NCBI GenBank assembly: GCA_008690995.1
Contig: VRMN01000003.1
Location: 496,001-560,000 of the forward strand
Direction of reading: 5' to 3'
Length of the DNA stretch: 64,000 nucleotides
Origin: Porphyridium purpureum
Taxonomy: Eukaryota
Part shown: positions 20,548 to 30,943 of the stretch, piece by piece
Layout of the letters: each line of letters opens with the position of its first letter
Position numbering within the stretch: position 1 is the first letter of the stretch
The notes under the pieces: generated by a model
The model's database searches: none
The model's input: the letters and a program-made list of their open reading frames with translations, nothing else
What the model was told of the DNA's origin: nothing
Program-made: the position numbers and the translations under genes

Positions 20548-21999
20548 CTACAAGGCAAAGACGAGCGCCGCCGACATGCCATAGAAGACCGGCGACATCC
20601 ATCGAAAGGTGACATCCAAACGACCACAAGTCGTCATGACTTTCTCAGATTCCCACGGCATACTCCGAGTGATGGAAGCAAAGATAAGCCCCGACTTTGC
20701 TTGTATTGGCTGAACCGCCTTCAAAGTGCCAAGACGCTGCTGCTTTGGAAACTCTGGCTGAGTGCTTGGAAGCTCCTTCTCCAAAGCTTCCCGAGCACGA
20801 CGCAGCTTGCGCGCTTGTTTCCGAGCGTAGGTGACCAAAGCGTATTCAACAAGGTGCAGGGTGCAAAACCCCATCGACACGAGCACGAAAACGTTCAGTT
20901 TCGTATCATACTGGATCGGCGGGAGCCCCGTCAAGATCGCATTATTCAAATTCACTAACGCCAGGACCGGGACCACAGCTGCAGTGACGCGCGCCGGCGC
21001 AGCCTCGGCACCAATGAACAACCCCACGTACGAAACAATGTACGAAATGACTGAAGGCACAATGCCGAAGATGGAGTAAAAATAATTGTTTCGCTGCATA
21101 TCATACAGGGCATGAAAGTAGCTACTGTTGCCGGTCAAGTCGGCGTCCCCAACAAGCAGGCCAATGGGCCTAGCAACTTTCTTCTCGCCCACTTCGTAAC
21201 GAAAATTCTGCAGCACAAAACTTGGCGGGTTGTTGATCGGCGGTATGACGGACGCATTTTCAACCATCGGAACCAGTACAGTCAAGCTCGCGGGGTCAAC
21301 AAACATGGCGAAATTAGCCCCACACTTTGAGGTCAAGTCCGCCGGTAGGTCCGCGAAATTGAACGCGCAACGCGTCAAGTACTGCACCCTCATGCTGGCA
21401 GCAACACGTCCCTCGGACGTCGAAATCAAGTGCATACCTCCACTTTGCCCCGCTGAGACGGCATCACGAATGTCAAAATCGTTCGTCGATATGCGGCGGT
21501 TTTCCATCTCCAGAATGGGGAACCAGAGCGTTAATGCATCTTGGTACAGATATTTGACCTCAGTGTCTCCTCCGTCCAGCGAGAACGGCTTGAAAGCCAA
21601 GCGACAATCGGTCCAGGACAGAGTGATGTCCATGAGTATGTTCATATCCTGCGCCTTCTCATTGACATGAAAAACATTAATAAAATCCACAAATACCAGC
21701 ACCTCAAGCGGGCCTTGCGACTGAAAATCCTGGAAGGTGCGGCGCCGCCAAACACGCGGATGCTCAGTGCTCACATACTCGGTCAACAAAAAATCGATCG
21801 CTTCCTTGGATGTTGTCACATTGGCGGGAAACTCTACCGAGCGCAGGCACTCGTTGGTGCCCCCGACCGGTGCTTGCGCGTTCGCAACGAACACAGTCGG
21901 CTTTCCTCGCCATCCCAGCGCCAAAATGAGCGCGAGAACGACACCAGGTGCCGCGTGAGTAACGATACGCGGCCACATACTACAGGCGCCAGTGCGCAT
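20548..21999 (-). CDS. Pentameric ligand-gated ion channel subunit (Cys-loop; GlyR/GABA-A-like anion-channel signature)
   Basis: Signal peptide; WTDCRL; loop A LWFP; C-x14-C loop containing LPAD; pre-M1 Arg; M1; AAPARV with 9' Leu in M2; LPPIQY loop; M3 LVEYALV; M4 RLD..FRW..P. Confidence 0.9.
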   Translation of the reverse strand: MRTGACSMWPRIVTHAAPGVVLALILALGWRGKPTVFVANAQAPVGGTNECLRSVEFPANVTTSKEAIDFLLTEYVSTEHPRVWRRRTFQDFQSQGPLEVLVFVDFINVFHVNEKAQDMNILMDITLSWTDCRLAFKPFSLDGGDTEVKYLYQDALTLWFPILEMENRRISTNDFDIRDAVSAGQSGGMHLISTSEGRVAASMRVQYLTRCAFNFADLPADLTSKCGANFAMFVDPASLTVLVPMVENASVIPPINNPPSFVLQNFRYEVGEKKVARPIGLLVGDADLTGNSSYFHALYDMQRNNYFYSIFGIVPSVISYIVSYVGLFIGAEAAPARVTAAVVPVLALVNLNNAILTGLPPIQYDTKLNVFVLVSMGFCTLHLVEYALVTYARKQARKLRRAREALEKELPSTQPEFPKQQRLGTLKAVQPIQAKSGLIFASITRSMPWESEKVMTTCGRLDVTFRWMSPVFYGMSAALVFAL

Positions 22000-22153
22000 G
22001 TACCCAGCTGAAGACAGGCTTCAAACAATGGTCGCGCTCACATGTTTCTTGCTGGAAATTCTCCGTTGCGCAAATATCTACCATGGAGATGAATCAACAT
22101 CCGAAAGTGATTTACTTCTGAAGAAGAAGAAAGTGGCAGGCGTGCAACAGAGC

Positions 22154-23503
22154 TCAGCGCGACGCGAGGTTCGCGCGAAAACGCCCTGCGCATGTGCGGT
22201 CATTTTTGACAATGAGCAAGTCATGGAATGACTGCCAATGCGGCATATTCCTGCGCTGCAGGATGGTTTGTTCAGCCAGCTGGGCAAACGGCGAGTCCCG
22301 GCATTCTAAGAGAAATTCGGTCCTCAGAAAGCTAGTGTTCATCGAGCGCTTGTCCTGAGCGATGCCTAGAACGGCGAGCTGGTAGCCGGACGTGGCCATC
22401 TGAAGGCTGATGTTCACATCTGTTTCGATACCTTCTAGCAGCACGGACGTACGTCTGCTGATGCCTTTCCGCTTTCCAATCGTAGAGGCGTGCACCGGGA
22501 ATCCGGACGATGGGATAGCACGCGTGCGGAGCAGAGATGAGGATACCGGAACCACATCCACATAAGCAAGACTTACCTTACCCTGCATGTAAGGAATGTA
22601 CCGCACATCACGTGATGTGCACAGACAAGTCAGGAGCGGCGAGCTCAAGCAATGTTCACCGAAAAGCTCCAGAGACTTGTGCCCGGACACCAGAAAGCCT
22701 ACTGACGAGGACACGGCACCGACATCCGGGTCTCTTTCCAGCAGCGCCTGTGCCTCCTCAACCCATGCTAAGGACGGAAGAAATCGATCAGACGCATCCA
22801 GCACAAGCAACATATCAAGCTGGCTCACCCGAAGCGCTGTGTTGTAGCACTCAGAACGCGTCAAGCCGGGACGCACAAGAATCATGTGCTTTGACTTGGA
22901 AAAAACGAGCTGCAGGTTCTGCACGAAATGAGAGGCGCAGGTATCATGCTCAGCACTGGGCGCGTGACGAGAAGGAACAGCGGAGGCGGGCCGGCACGAC
23001 ACGCAGATGAAAAGCTCGTCGAGTGATAGCGCGCGGAGCTTTGTGGCGAATTCGGCCGTGCGTGAGACCAACGAATCGCTTGTGACTAGCTCTTCGAGAT
23101 CAGGAGCGACGTACACCACGCCGCCCACGCCTAATGAAAACATGTCGCTCTCGGAGACCTGTGGGCCGGAGCAGCAGGGCTGCGTGGCGATCGTCTTTGC
23201 AATGCGCTCGTCCTTGGAGCAGATGCCCATGCGATCTGCGTACACGAGCGTGCGGAAGGTCTCGAGGGAGCCGCTCCGCCGAGTGTGCACGAGCGCGCTG
23301 TACGCCAGCAAGCACAGGAACAGCGCGCTCAGCACGTCCACGCCGCGCCCGGCCTTGTGCAGCGGCAGCAGCACCCGGGCGTCCAGCAGCAGGCGCTGCG
23401 TGCCCTTGTCCACATGCTCCACCACGCGCTCCACGGTGCGCGACGTCCGTCCCATCCAGCGCCTCATGGGCGCCATCCTGCCTCCCTCCCGCTGAATCTC
23501 CAT
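22154..23503 (-). CDS. Putative type II membrane glycosyltransferase (GT2-like, divergent)
   Basis: TM segment (VLSALFLCLLAYSALV); GT-A-like segment SECYNTALRVSQLDMLLVLDASD...LERDPDVGAV and late ETDVNISLQMATSGYQL. Confidence 0.55.
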   Translation of the reverse strand: MEIQREGGRMAPMRRWMGRTSRTVERVVEHVDKGTQRLLLDARVLLPLHKAGRGVDVLSALFLCLLAYSALVHTRRSGSLETFRTLVYADRMGICSKDERIAKTIATQPCCSGPQVSESDMFSLGVGGVVYVAPDLEELVTSDSLVSRTAEFATKLRALSLDELFICVSCRPASAVPSRHAPSAEHDTCASHFVQNLQLVFSKSKHMILVRPGLTRSECYNTALRVSQLDMLLVLDASDRFLPSLAWVEEAQALLERDPDVGAVSSSVGFLVSGHKSLELFGEHCLSSPLLTCLCTSRDVRYIPYMQGKVSLAYVDVVPVSSSLLRTRAIPSSGFPVHASTIGKRKGISRRTSVLLEGIETDVNISLQMATSGYQLAVLGIAQDKRSMNTSFLRTEFLLECRDSPFAQLAEQTILQRRNMPHWQSFHDLLIVKNDRTCAGRFRANLASR

Positions 23504-24007
23504 GCCGGAACTCCCCCGACCAACCGGATCAACGCCGCGCACGCCGCGCCATCATGCGGGCTCGCGGTCCCGCCAAGCTGTCCATGCGCGCTCACCACTG
23601 CGTGTTTCGTTCGTCTGCACAGCCACGTGTGTTCTCACTGTACCTGCTCCAATCGACCGGAGTACAGTGCACGCACGCACGCTCGCTCGTCACGCAGAAC
23701 CCTAGAACGTGTTCCGCTGTACCCATGCAGCTGTACTTGCGTGACGCGGCGGGGCCAGCGAATCTCGAACGAGACGGCATGGCGTGAAGCGCAGTCGTGC
23801 GTGTAGCAGAGAGCGAGAGAGAGAAGAAAATGAGACGCGCGCCTAGTGGAATCGCGGCGCGAGGTACAGTGTGTTGGCGCTGCTTGGGACGGTCGAGTCG
23901 ATCGCCATCTGCGTGATCATGCATGCGTGCCGCAGTGGAGGCTTGAGGGGTGAATGGCGGTAGAGGGTGAAGACGCACGCGGCGGGGAGGGTGTGGGTTT
24001 GGTGGAG

Positions 24008-24032
24008 CGGAACGGAACGGAACGGAACGGAA
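24008..24032. repeat. (CGGAA)5 pentanucleotide repeat just upstream of ALB3
   Basis: cggaacggaacggaacggaacggaa seen directly. Confidence 0.9.
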
Positions 24033-24074
24033 CGGGACGCGTGGTTAGGGGAGTGGTGCGCTGCAGGAGACGGA

Positions 24075-25280
24075 ATGGAGATGGGATTTGTGGGCACCCA
24101 CCTGGGCGCCCGCGGAGCGCTGCACGCGCAAGTTCAAGCGAGCCGCGCGTGTGTGCGCTCGGATCGCAGCGCGTGGCGTCCCGAAAGCCATGCGCCGGCG
24201 CGGCGTAGTGCATTGCCGCTCCATTCGCGCGGGATGAAGATGGTGGCGGGAACGGGCGTGGACATGGCGTTCAGCGAGCTGCTGGCGCAGAACTCCCACG
24301 TCGTCGCCGCGCACGCGCTGATGAGCTTGCAGATGTTGGCGGACGCCGCGGCCTCCGTGAGCCCTGATGACGCAAAGCAGGTGCTCGAGGAGGCCGCCAA
24401 GCCGGGCCTCTTTGGTCAGTTTGTGAACCTGATCGAGCTTGCGATTGGAGGCATTCATGGCGGCCTGGGCTCTGTGGGTTTGGGTTCCAATACGTGGGGA
24501 TTCTCCATCATTGCGTTCACCATCGTGGTCAAGGCCCTGACTTTCCCGCTCAATTTCAAGCAAATGTCCTCCACGATTAAGATGCAGGAGATCCAGCCCC
24601 GCCTCAAGGAAATTCAGACAAAGTACCGTGACAATCCCCAGGTCATGAACCAGATGATTGCCGAAATGTACCAAAAGGAACAGATCAACCCTTTGGCAGG
24701 CTGCCTTCCCGTCCTGGCGCAACTACCAATTTGGATTGGTTTGTACCGCGCGGTGCTTAATTTAGCGGAGGAGAACAAACTCCAAGAATCATTTTTCTGG
24801 CTCCCTTCGTTGCAGGGGCCTGTGGTGAGCAGTTCGGAGGGTGGCCTCAAAGTCTGGCTCTTCCCATTCGTCAATGGCGCCCCGCCAGTCGGCTGGCACG
24901 ACGCGCTTTGCTACCTTGTATTGCCGGTCGCCCTCGTGCTTTCGCAGGTTTGGTCTCAGCGTGTGCTTACGCCTCCGTCAGACGACCCGCAGATGCAGCA
25001 GACACAAAAAATTCTCCAATTCATGCCTTTGCTCATTGGCTGGTTCTCGCTAAATGTGCCTTCCGCCCTTGGCCTGTACTGGGTGGCTAACAACTTCTTA
25101 TCAACGGGGCAAACCATCCTCATTCGGAAGAGCCTCGGTGCAACCAATCCGGCCATGTCGGGCCCGTCGGGTGGTGCTGATTCGCCTTCGGAGGAATCCA
25201 AGGTCATTGACGTGACTGGATTTGATGCTGGGACGACAAAGAAGAGCGGTAAGGGTGGGAAAAAGTCAAAGAGAAAGTAG
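24075..25280 (+). CDS. ALB3: Thylakoid membrane insertase ALB3 (YidC/Oxa1 family)
   Basis: Transit peptide (MEMGFV); WGFSIIAFTIVVKALTFPL, INPLAGCLP..AQLPIWIGLYR, FFWLPSLQGP, PPVGW, LGLYWVANN; basic C-tail. Confidence 0.93.
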   Translation: MEMGFVGTHLGARGALHAQVQASRACVRSDRSAWRPESHAPARRSALPLHSRGMKMVAGTGVDMAFSELLAQNSHVVAAHALMSLQMLADAAASVSPDDAKQVLEEAAKPGLFGQFVNLIELAIGGIHGGLGSVGLGSNTWGFSIIAFTIVVKALTFPLNFKQMSSTIKMQEIQPRLKEIQTKYRDNPQVMNQMIAEMYQKEQINPLAGCLPVLAQLPIWIGLYRAVLNLAEENKLQESFFWLPSLQGPVVSSSEGGLKVWLFPFVNGAPPVGWHDALCYLVLPVALVLSQVWSQRVLTPPSDDPQMQQTQKILQFMPLLIGWFSLNVPSALGLYWVANNFLSTGQTILIRKSLGATNPAMSGPSGGADSPSEESKVIDVTGFDAGTTKKSGKGGKKSKRK

Positions 25281-25547
25281 CCTTTCGTCTTTGTTTTGTT
25301 AGTCTCGACTCGTTGGTCGAGATCGTGAACGTAACTTTCGACGAGGGTAGGAAGAGGAGGAGGAGACAAGAACGGCAAAAGAAATTACCTTACTGTGGCA
25401 AACAAGCAAACAAGCAGACACGCATTTGCAGAGAAGAGCGTGTGATCGTGCCAATCGTCATCTACAAAGAATTAAACGCTCAGCGCCTATTGGTGTTCAA
25501 GCCTGTGCTCTTTGCGCTCACAAGTAACAGGATGAGCCGTACGGCCA

Positions 25548-26936
25548 TCAGCCACAACCCTCAGGAAGGCTGAGCGCGAGCTGCACGGTCAATCCACAGT
25601 ACGTGCTTGGCGTGAGCTTCAGAAGCGCTTCGCGTTCGCTGGAGGGCAGCTGTTCAGGTAGCTCACGAATGAATGTATGGAGGGTTTCCTGTGTTACACT
25701 CTGACCCTGTGTAAGCTTCTTGAGCGCTTCGTATGGCGCCTCCATGCGATACTTGCGCATCACAGTCTGAATGGGCTCCGCCAAAAGCTCCCAGTGCTCA
25801 TCGAGTTCGCTCGCCACCACTGAGCGATTCACCTCGCCTTTCTTCAGCCCAAAAAGTAAAGATGAGTATCCAATAACCGAGTAGGCGAATCCCACGCCCA
25901 AATTTCGCAACACTGTCGAGTCCGTAAGATCGCGCTGCATTCGGCTAATCGGCAGTTTGCTCCCGATGTGCGCCATCAGCGCGTTCGCTATTCCCAAATT
26001 CCCTTCAGCGTTCTCAAAATCGATTGGGTTCACCTTGTGTGGCATCGTTGACGATCCGACCTCGCCTTCAATTCGCTTCTGTTTAAAGTAGCCCAGCGAA
26101 ATGTAGGTCCACATGTCCTTGCACAGGTCTAATAGCACTGTATTGAGCCTCTGAAACGCGTCGAACAGTTCCGCAATGAAGTCGTGCGGTTCGATCTGGG
26201 TGGTGTGCGAATTCCAATCCAGTCCCAGGCTTTGAACAAACGTGCGCGAGACATCCAACCAGTCAACGTCCGGATACGCCGCCACGTGCGCGTTGAAGTT
26301 GCCTACGGCACCGTTAAACTTTCCGAGGATACGCACGCTGCGAATGCTGTCGATTTGGCGCGCGAGCCTGTGTGCAAAGATCGAAAACTCCTTTCCAATG
26401 GAGCTGGGCGTGGCGCTCTGTCCGTGCGTGCGAGACATCATAAACACGGAGGCGTGTTCCCGACTGAGCGCACACAGCGTGTTGAGCAACGTGCTGAGAT
26501 GTGACGAATCCACGGCGGCGCGCGCTTGCCGCAAGCTCAGTGCCCAAGACAAATTGTTCACATCCTCGGATGTACAAGCGAAGTGGAAGAACTCTGACGC
26601 AACCTTCAGCTCAGGATGTTCTTGCACAGCCTCTTTCAGATAGTACTCGGCTGCTTTGAGGTCGTGCCGCGTCGTGGCCTCGATCTCTTTCACACGCTCT
26701 GCCGCTTTCAGATCAAAGCCGTCCACTAGCGCGTCCAGCCATTGCACCGCGTCGTCCGAGAGCGCGTCCATGTGTTCGAAACGAGCGTCCGCGCACAAGA
26801 ACTTGAGCCATGCTACCTCCACTCGGCACCGGTTACGGATCAGCGCAAACTCGGAGAAGTAAGGGCTTAGCGCGAAGGTCTTGGAGAAATAGCGCCCGTC
26901 CACGGGCGACACAGCGGTCAATGCATTCAGATCCAT
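25548..26936 (-). CDS. purB: Adenylosuccinate lyase
   Basis: LTAVSPVDGRY, HFACTSEDVNN, SRTHGQ, TTQIEPHD, signature GSSTMPHKVNPIDFENAEGN, SRMQRDLTDSTVLRN. Confidence 0.97.
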   Translation of the reverse strand: MDLNALTAVSPVDGRYFSKTFALSPYFSEFALIRNRCRVEVAWLKFLCADARFEHMDALSDDAVQWLDALVDGFDLKAAERVKEIEATTRHDLKAAEYYLKEAVQEHPELKVASEFFHFACTSEDVNNLSWALSLRQARAAVDSSHLSTLLNTLCALSREHASVFMMSRTHGQSATPSSIGKEFSIFAHRLARQIDSIRSVRILGKFNGAVGNFNAHVAAYPDVDWLDVSRTFVQSLGLDWNSHTTQIEPHDFIAELFDAFQRLNTVLLDLCKDMWTYISLGYFKQKRIEGEVGSSTMPHKVNPIDFENAEGNLGIANALMAHIGSKLPISRMQRDLTDSTVLRNLGVGFAYSVIGYSSLLFGLKKGEVNRSVVASELDEHWELLAEPIQTVMRKYRMEAPYEALKKLTQGQSVTQETLHTFIRELPEQLPSSEREALLKLTPSTYCGLTVQLALSLPEGCG

Positions 26937-27093
26937 ACTGCGCGTTCTTTCCCCGCTGATTGTATTGACTTTTTAGTGCTCCCCAACGCACGTTTAGCAA
27001 ACCTCTTGGATCGCGACTGACCGCCTTGACGTGATGCACAATGTGCGTGTGCCGCCGTCGAGGCAGAATGGGATTTTATTTCGAGCTCGGTTG

Positions 27094-27642
27094 CTATGCA
27101 TCGAGGTCGTAGTCATCGCGTTTCTCATTAAAAGATACAACTTTGCGCTGAATCTTGCTGCCATCGGCCCAGGTTATGAAGTCTTCCATGTTGCGCGTCA
27201 CAAGGATCGCTGGGTCAGTGATAACTTTTGGTCCGATACGAATGTGGCCCTGCTCGATAAACCGGACGGCGAGGTTCAGCGTCTCGGCAAAGTTCAGACG
27301 CACAAGCATGACTGGAAGCCGCCGTCTGCATATGGCAGAGACAGTCATCTTGCTCACTTGATCCAGGCCGTTCTTTGCTGCGATGAAGCCCGCGTCGAAC
27401 AATTTGTTGAGCATATCATCGGTGAAGCGGATTCGCATCATGTCATCTTCCGGGAGCGCCTTGAGAAGCAGTGCCAGCTTTTGGAGCTTGCCCACCACCT
27501 TACTATACGTGGTGTAATCTTGCGCGTCCTGCACGTAGTACCGGCGACACACCGTGGCCTCACGGCGCCCTCCTTCCCGCTTCCATTGCAGAAAGTCGGA
27601 CTTTTTCAGCAGCTTGTACTCATGATGTTTGAGCTGCCGCAT
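27094..27642 (-). CDS. IMP3: U3 snoRNP protein IMP3 (S4 domain)
   Basis: MRQLKHHEYKLLKK.DF, CRRRLPV, IEQGHIRIGP, DPA.LVTRNMEDFITW, RDDYDL. Confidence 0.95.
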   Translation of the reverse strand: MRQLKHHEYKLLKKSDFLQWKREGGRREATVCRRYYVQDAQDYTTYSKVVGKLQKLALLLKALPEDDMMRIRFTDDMLNKLFDAGFIAAKNGLDQVSKMTVSAICRRRLPVMLVRLNFAETLNLAVRFIEQGHIRIGPKVITDPAILVTRNMEDFITWADGSKIQRKVVSFNEKRDDYDLDA

Positions 27643-27927
27643 TCTATGTCACGAACCACTGACACGCACACACGCCCACAACACGCGCAGCGCACCCCGC
27701 AGTCCGCCCCGGCAGCGCAAACCCGTCACGCGCCGTCCGTCATCACCCTCGCGGTAGGTACACTCCACAGTACACAAGCGTGAGGTTCAGCCGGTTCTTG
27801 AGAATGCCACGTAAATGCAGCATTCCAAAGCGATGCTGCATGACATGCGAGGGCGGATTCGTGCGGTCGCCTGGCAAGAAGCGCAAATGCATCTGGCTCG
27901 CTGGGCGGTACATGGCGTGGGAGAAAG

Positions 27928-29265
27928 ATGGCTCACGCCGCGGCAGATGATCACAAGACGCCGTCCGCTCGCTTCTCTATGACTTCGCTGTCAGCCACGC
28001 CAGCAATGGGCCCGAACGAGTCGAACGTTTCGCCCGCCGACGGCGTTGACCCGAGCATCTCCGATCGCTTCGTCACGTCACAGGACAAGCGACCGGCTTC
28101 GTATGCAGTTTCGCGCGCGCTGGATTCCGAGGCCGGCGAGGAGCTTGACACTTCTCATACGATCTGTGGATCAGCTCGGCGGGCATACCACTCGGCGCAG
28201 ACGATGCATATGAATAACGAGCAGGTGCTGGCAGCCCTGGGCGCCAGCTATGCAGACACAGATTCGGCCGAGTATGATCAAATAGAAAGCCTTGGGCTCG
28301 CATTTGGCTCAAATCTTGAACCATGCGCTTTCGATGAAGACACTCCCAATCGGCAAGAGCGACCGGCACGTTGGAATCAATCCACAGCGCACGGCAACGG
28401 CACCATTGTCGCCGATCTCTACGATGACGCCGACCTTGGCCATGATGACAATGACGACGAGAGGGAACCAGACATTGAACATATGAACTCGGATGCCTTG
28501 AGAAGCTTGATTCATCACAAGGATGCCATCATTGCATCTCTTGTCGACGAAAGTCTGGCCGAGCAGCGAAAGAGAAATCGCTTCGGTGATCTCGGGGACG
28601 AGGGGGGGAGCGAAAATCATTTGACCGGCATTCTGCAGCTCTCTGCCTCTGTGTATAATCATAAAGCAGGAACGCCTTTGTTAGACCGGCACACGCTTGA
28701 AGAAACGGTCAGACTTTCGCAAGAGGCATGTGAACGGGCTGTGGCCCAAGTTGTTGCTTTGGAGGTGCAGCAAAGCCAGGCCAAGCTTCTCGTCTCAAGA
28801 CTGATGGTTGAGAACGCTGCGCTACAAAAACAAACCTCAGACCCAACTGTGGCGGGAGGTAATGATGGCGTGAGGGGCGCAGAATGTGCCGTGCAGCGCC
28901 TGGAAGCCCTGAGTGAGGCGCTTGAAGCACGTTTGGGACAAGCCTTCGCGCAGTCAGAGCTGCAGCGCAAGCTTTATGAGCTCGAGCTACGTGTGATCGA
29001 GTCGGAAGCGGCGCACAGAGCCAAAAGCGCTGAATTCGAGCAGCGCTTAATTAACATCTTGGAGGAGAACAAGGCGCTCAGGAGCAAAGTAGTCAAATGT
29101 GAGTCTGCCTTGGAAATGAGCGAACGCGAAAATAGACTTCTTCGTGAGGAGCTTGTTCAGGCTCAAAAGCAGACGGAAGACACAGACTCGTTGCGTGTTC
29201 TGTTGAACGAGAAGGATGCAATCATCTCATCCCTTGTGGAAGAACTAAATGGAGCGGTTCTTTGA
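27928..29265 (+). CDS. Uncharacterised coiled-coil protein
   Basis: 445-aa ATG-initiated ORF with an acidic disordered N-half and a heptad-rich C-half. Confidence 0.7.
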   Translation: MAHAAADDHKTPSARFSMTSLSATPAMGPNESNVSPADGVDPSISDRFVTSQDKRPASYAVSRALDSEAGEELDTSHTICGSARRAYHSAQTMHMNNEQVLAALGASYADTDSAEYDQIESLGLAFGSNLEPCAFDEDTPNRQERPARWNQSTAHGNGTIVADLYDDADLGHDDNDDEREPDIEHMNSDALRSLIHHKDAIIASLVDESLAEQRKRNRFGDLGDEGGSENHLTGILQLSASVYNHKAGTPLLDRHTLEETVRLSQEACERAVAQVVALEVQQSQAKLLVSRLMVENAALQKQTSDPTVAGGNDGVRGAECAVQRLEALSEALEARLGQAFAQSELQRKLYELELRVIESEAAHRAKSAEFEQRLINILEENKALRSKVVKCESALEMSERENRLLREELVQAQKQTEDTDSLRVLLNEKDAIISSLVEELNGAVL

Positions 29266-29736
29266 GACTGACACGCCAGCTACAGCGCCATTTCAAGTGG
29301 GTGATTCTTTTCTCAGCATACCATGACCTGGTGCAAGCTTTGCCAGACGTACAAGTGCACGTGAACATATCGAGTTCTTTACTTCGTTCGACATTGAAGA
29401 CCTCTGCCGCTCGCAGACTAAAGACTGTGCGTGAGGAAGTGTGTATGCGATACAAGTAGGTTGCCCTGTTCGTAGTCATCCACAGTGACGCAGTGTCCGT
29501 GATGCGCCTCAGAGTAAAGTAGTACGTCAGTATGCGCGTGTTAGAAAAACTTCTGGAAGGGGAAAATTGAGGTCAGGATATTGTAGCAGCAGGGCGGCGC
29601 AGGAAGAGAAAGGTGTTGTTCCAGAGTGCCAAGCACGAGTTGCAACAACTTTCGTCTTTGCGTCCGTTTTGGCCGAAGAATACAAGATCCCGACGGTCGC
29701 ATCGTTGCGGGTGCTCCGCGTAGATTGGTCGATAAG

Positions 29737-30681
29737 ATGGGTGGGTTTGACTGGAGCCTGGTGCCGCTGATTGGGGTGTTTGGGGCCATGCTGATCCTCG
29801 CGGGGGTGTTGATATGGATGCAGAACCACGCAGAAGAGAGCGCGGGACAGGCGCTTGAAGACAATGTCGTCACGCAGAATGAGCAGCAGCAGCAGCGCGT
29901 CGTGGGAGACGGCAATCCCGACCAGCGCAAGAGCGCTACGCTATCCCGCATGAGGAGAAGGAAACCGACGAAAGGCGAGAGTTCATCCGCGGTGGCGCCT
30001 CGCCATGTTGAGCGTCCGGCCGAGGACGAGCAGGATGCGCAGGAAGGCGCCATGGAAGAAAACGATGCGGATGAAGTGTACGCGGCAGGCAAAGGCAAAA
30101 GGAAGAAGGAGGCTCACAAGGAAGCTAAGCGTGCTGCGACGGCAGCTCGCGACGCTGCAATTGCTGCGCAAAAGGAGCGCCGCGAGGCAGAGCGCGAACG
30201 ACAGGAGGAAAAGGAGGAAGCGCGTAAAGAAAAGGAGGAGATAGAGCGTGAAGCGAGACAAAAAGATGAGGAAGAGCGGCTAAAGAAAGAGGAGGAAGAA
30301 TACGAGGCCTGGAAGCACCTTATTTCCGTTGACCAGCAGGGCGACGAAGAAGAAAGGCTGACGCAAGAGTCGCAAGGTTTGTTGGCCGAATTCATTGGGC
30401 GCATCAAGGAGCAAAAAGTTAATGTGCTTGAGGAGCTTGCCGCTGAATTTGGACTCCGCACGCAAGAGGTCATCAGTCGCGTGACGGCGCTCGAGGCCGC
30501 TGGGTCAATATCAGGCGTCTTTGACGACCGCGGTAAATTTATCTACGTCTCGAACGATGAAATGAATGAGCTTGCTGAGTTTATCAAGAAGCGCGGGCGC
30601 GTGTCCTTGCCCGATGTTGTCGATTTTTGTACACAGATTATCAGTAGGGATCTTCGTAAGCCAGCAATAAATTCTGCCTGA
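29737..30681 (+). CDS. DDRGK1: DDRGK domain-containing protein 1 (UFBP1, UFM1 pathway)
   Basis: N-terminal TM, charged coiled coil, EEYEAWK, GVFDDRGKFIYVS. ATG at 29737. Confidence 0.93.
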   Translation: MGGFDWSLVPLIGVFGAMLILAGVLIWMQNHAEESAGQALEDNVVTQNEQQQQRVVGDGNPDQRKSATLSRMRRRKPTKGESSSAVAPRHVERPAEDEQDAQEGAMEENDADEVYAAGKGKRKKEAHKEAKRAATAARDAAIAAQKERREAERERQEEKEEARKEKEEIEREARQKDEEERLKKEEEEYEAWKHLISVDQQGDEEERLTQESQGLLAEFIGRIKEQKVNVLEELAAEFGLRTQEVISRVTALEAAGSISGVFDDRGKFIYVSNDEMNELAEFIKKRGRVSLPDVVDFCTQIISRDLRKPAINSA

Positions 30682-30943
30682 ATCAAGCTGCCTAGTTGCA
30701 GGCACTAAGAAGGTGAAGGCCGGAGCTTTTTTTGGGCGCGTGCAGCATTATGATTTCTTCCCTTGATTGGCTTTCCTTTCATTGTGACCCTCTTGCGTAT
30801 TCGGGTATCGTACTGAGACGAGGCGGCTGTGAATCGCATTGAATGAACGCACATGACCTACAAGTAAGCATAGATGCTCCCCGCGAATCCTTTCCCGAGG
30901 GGCAGATAACAAATTTTGCCATGTGACCGAGCTGACTTTTCAC

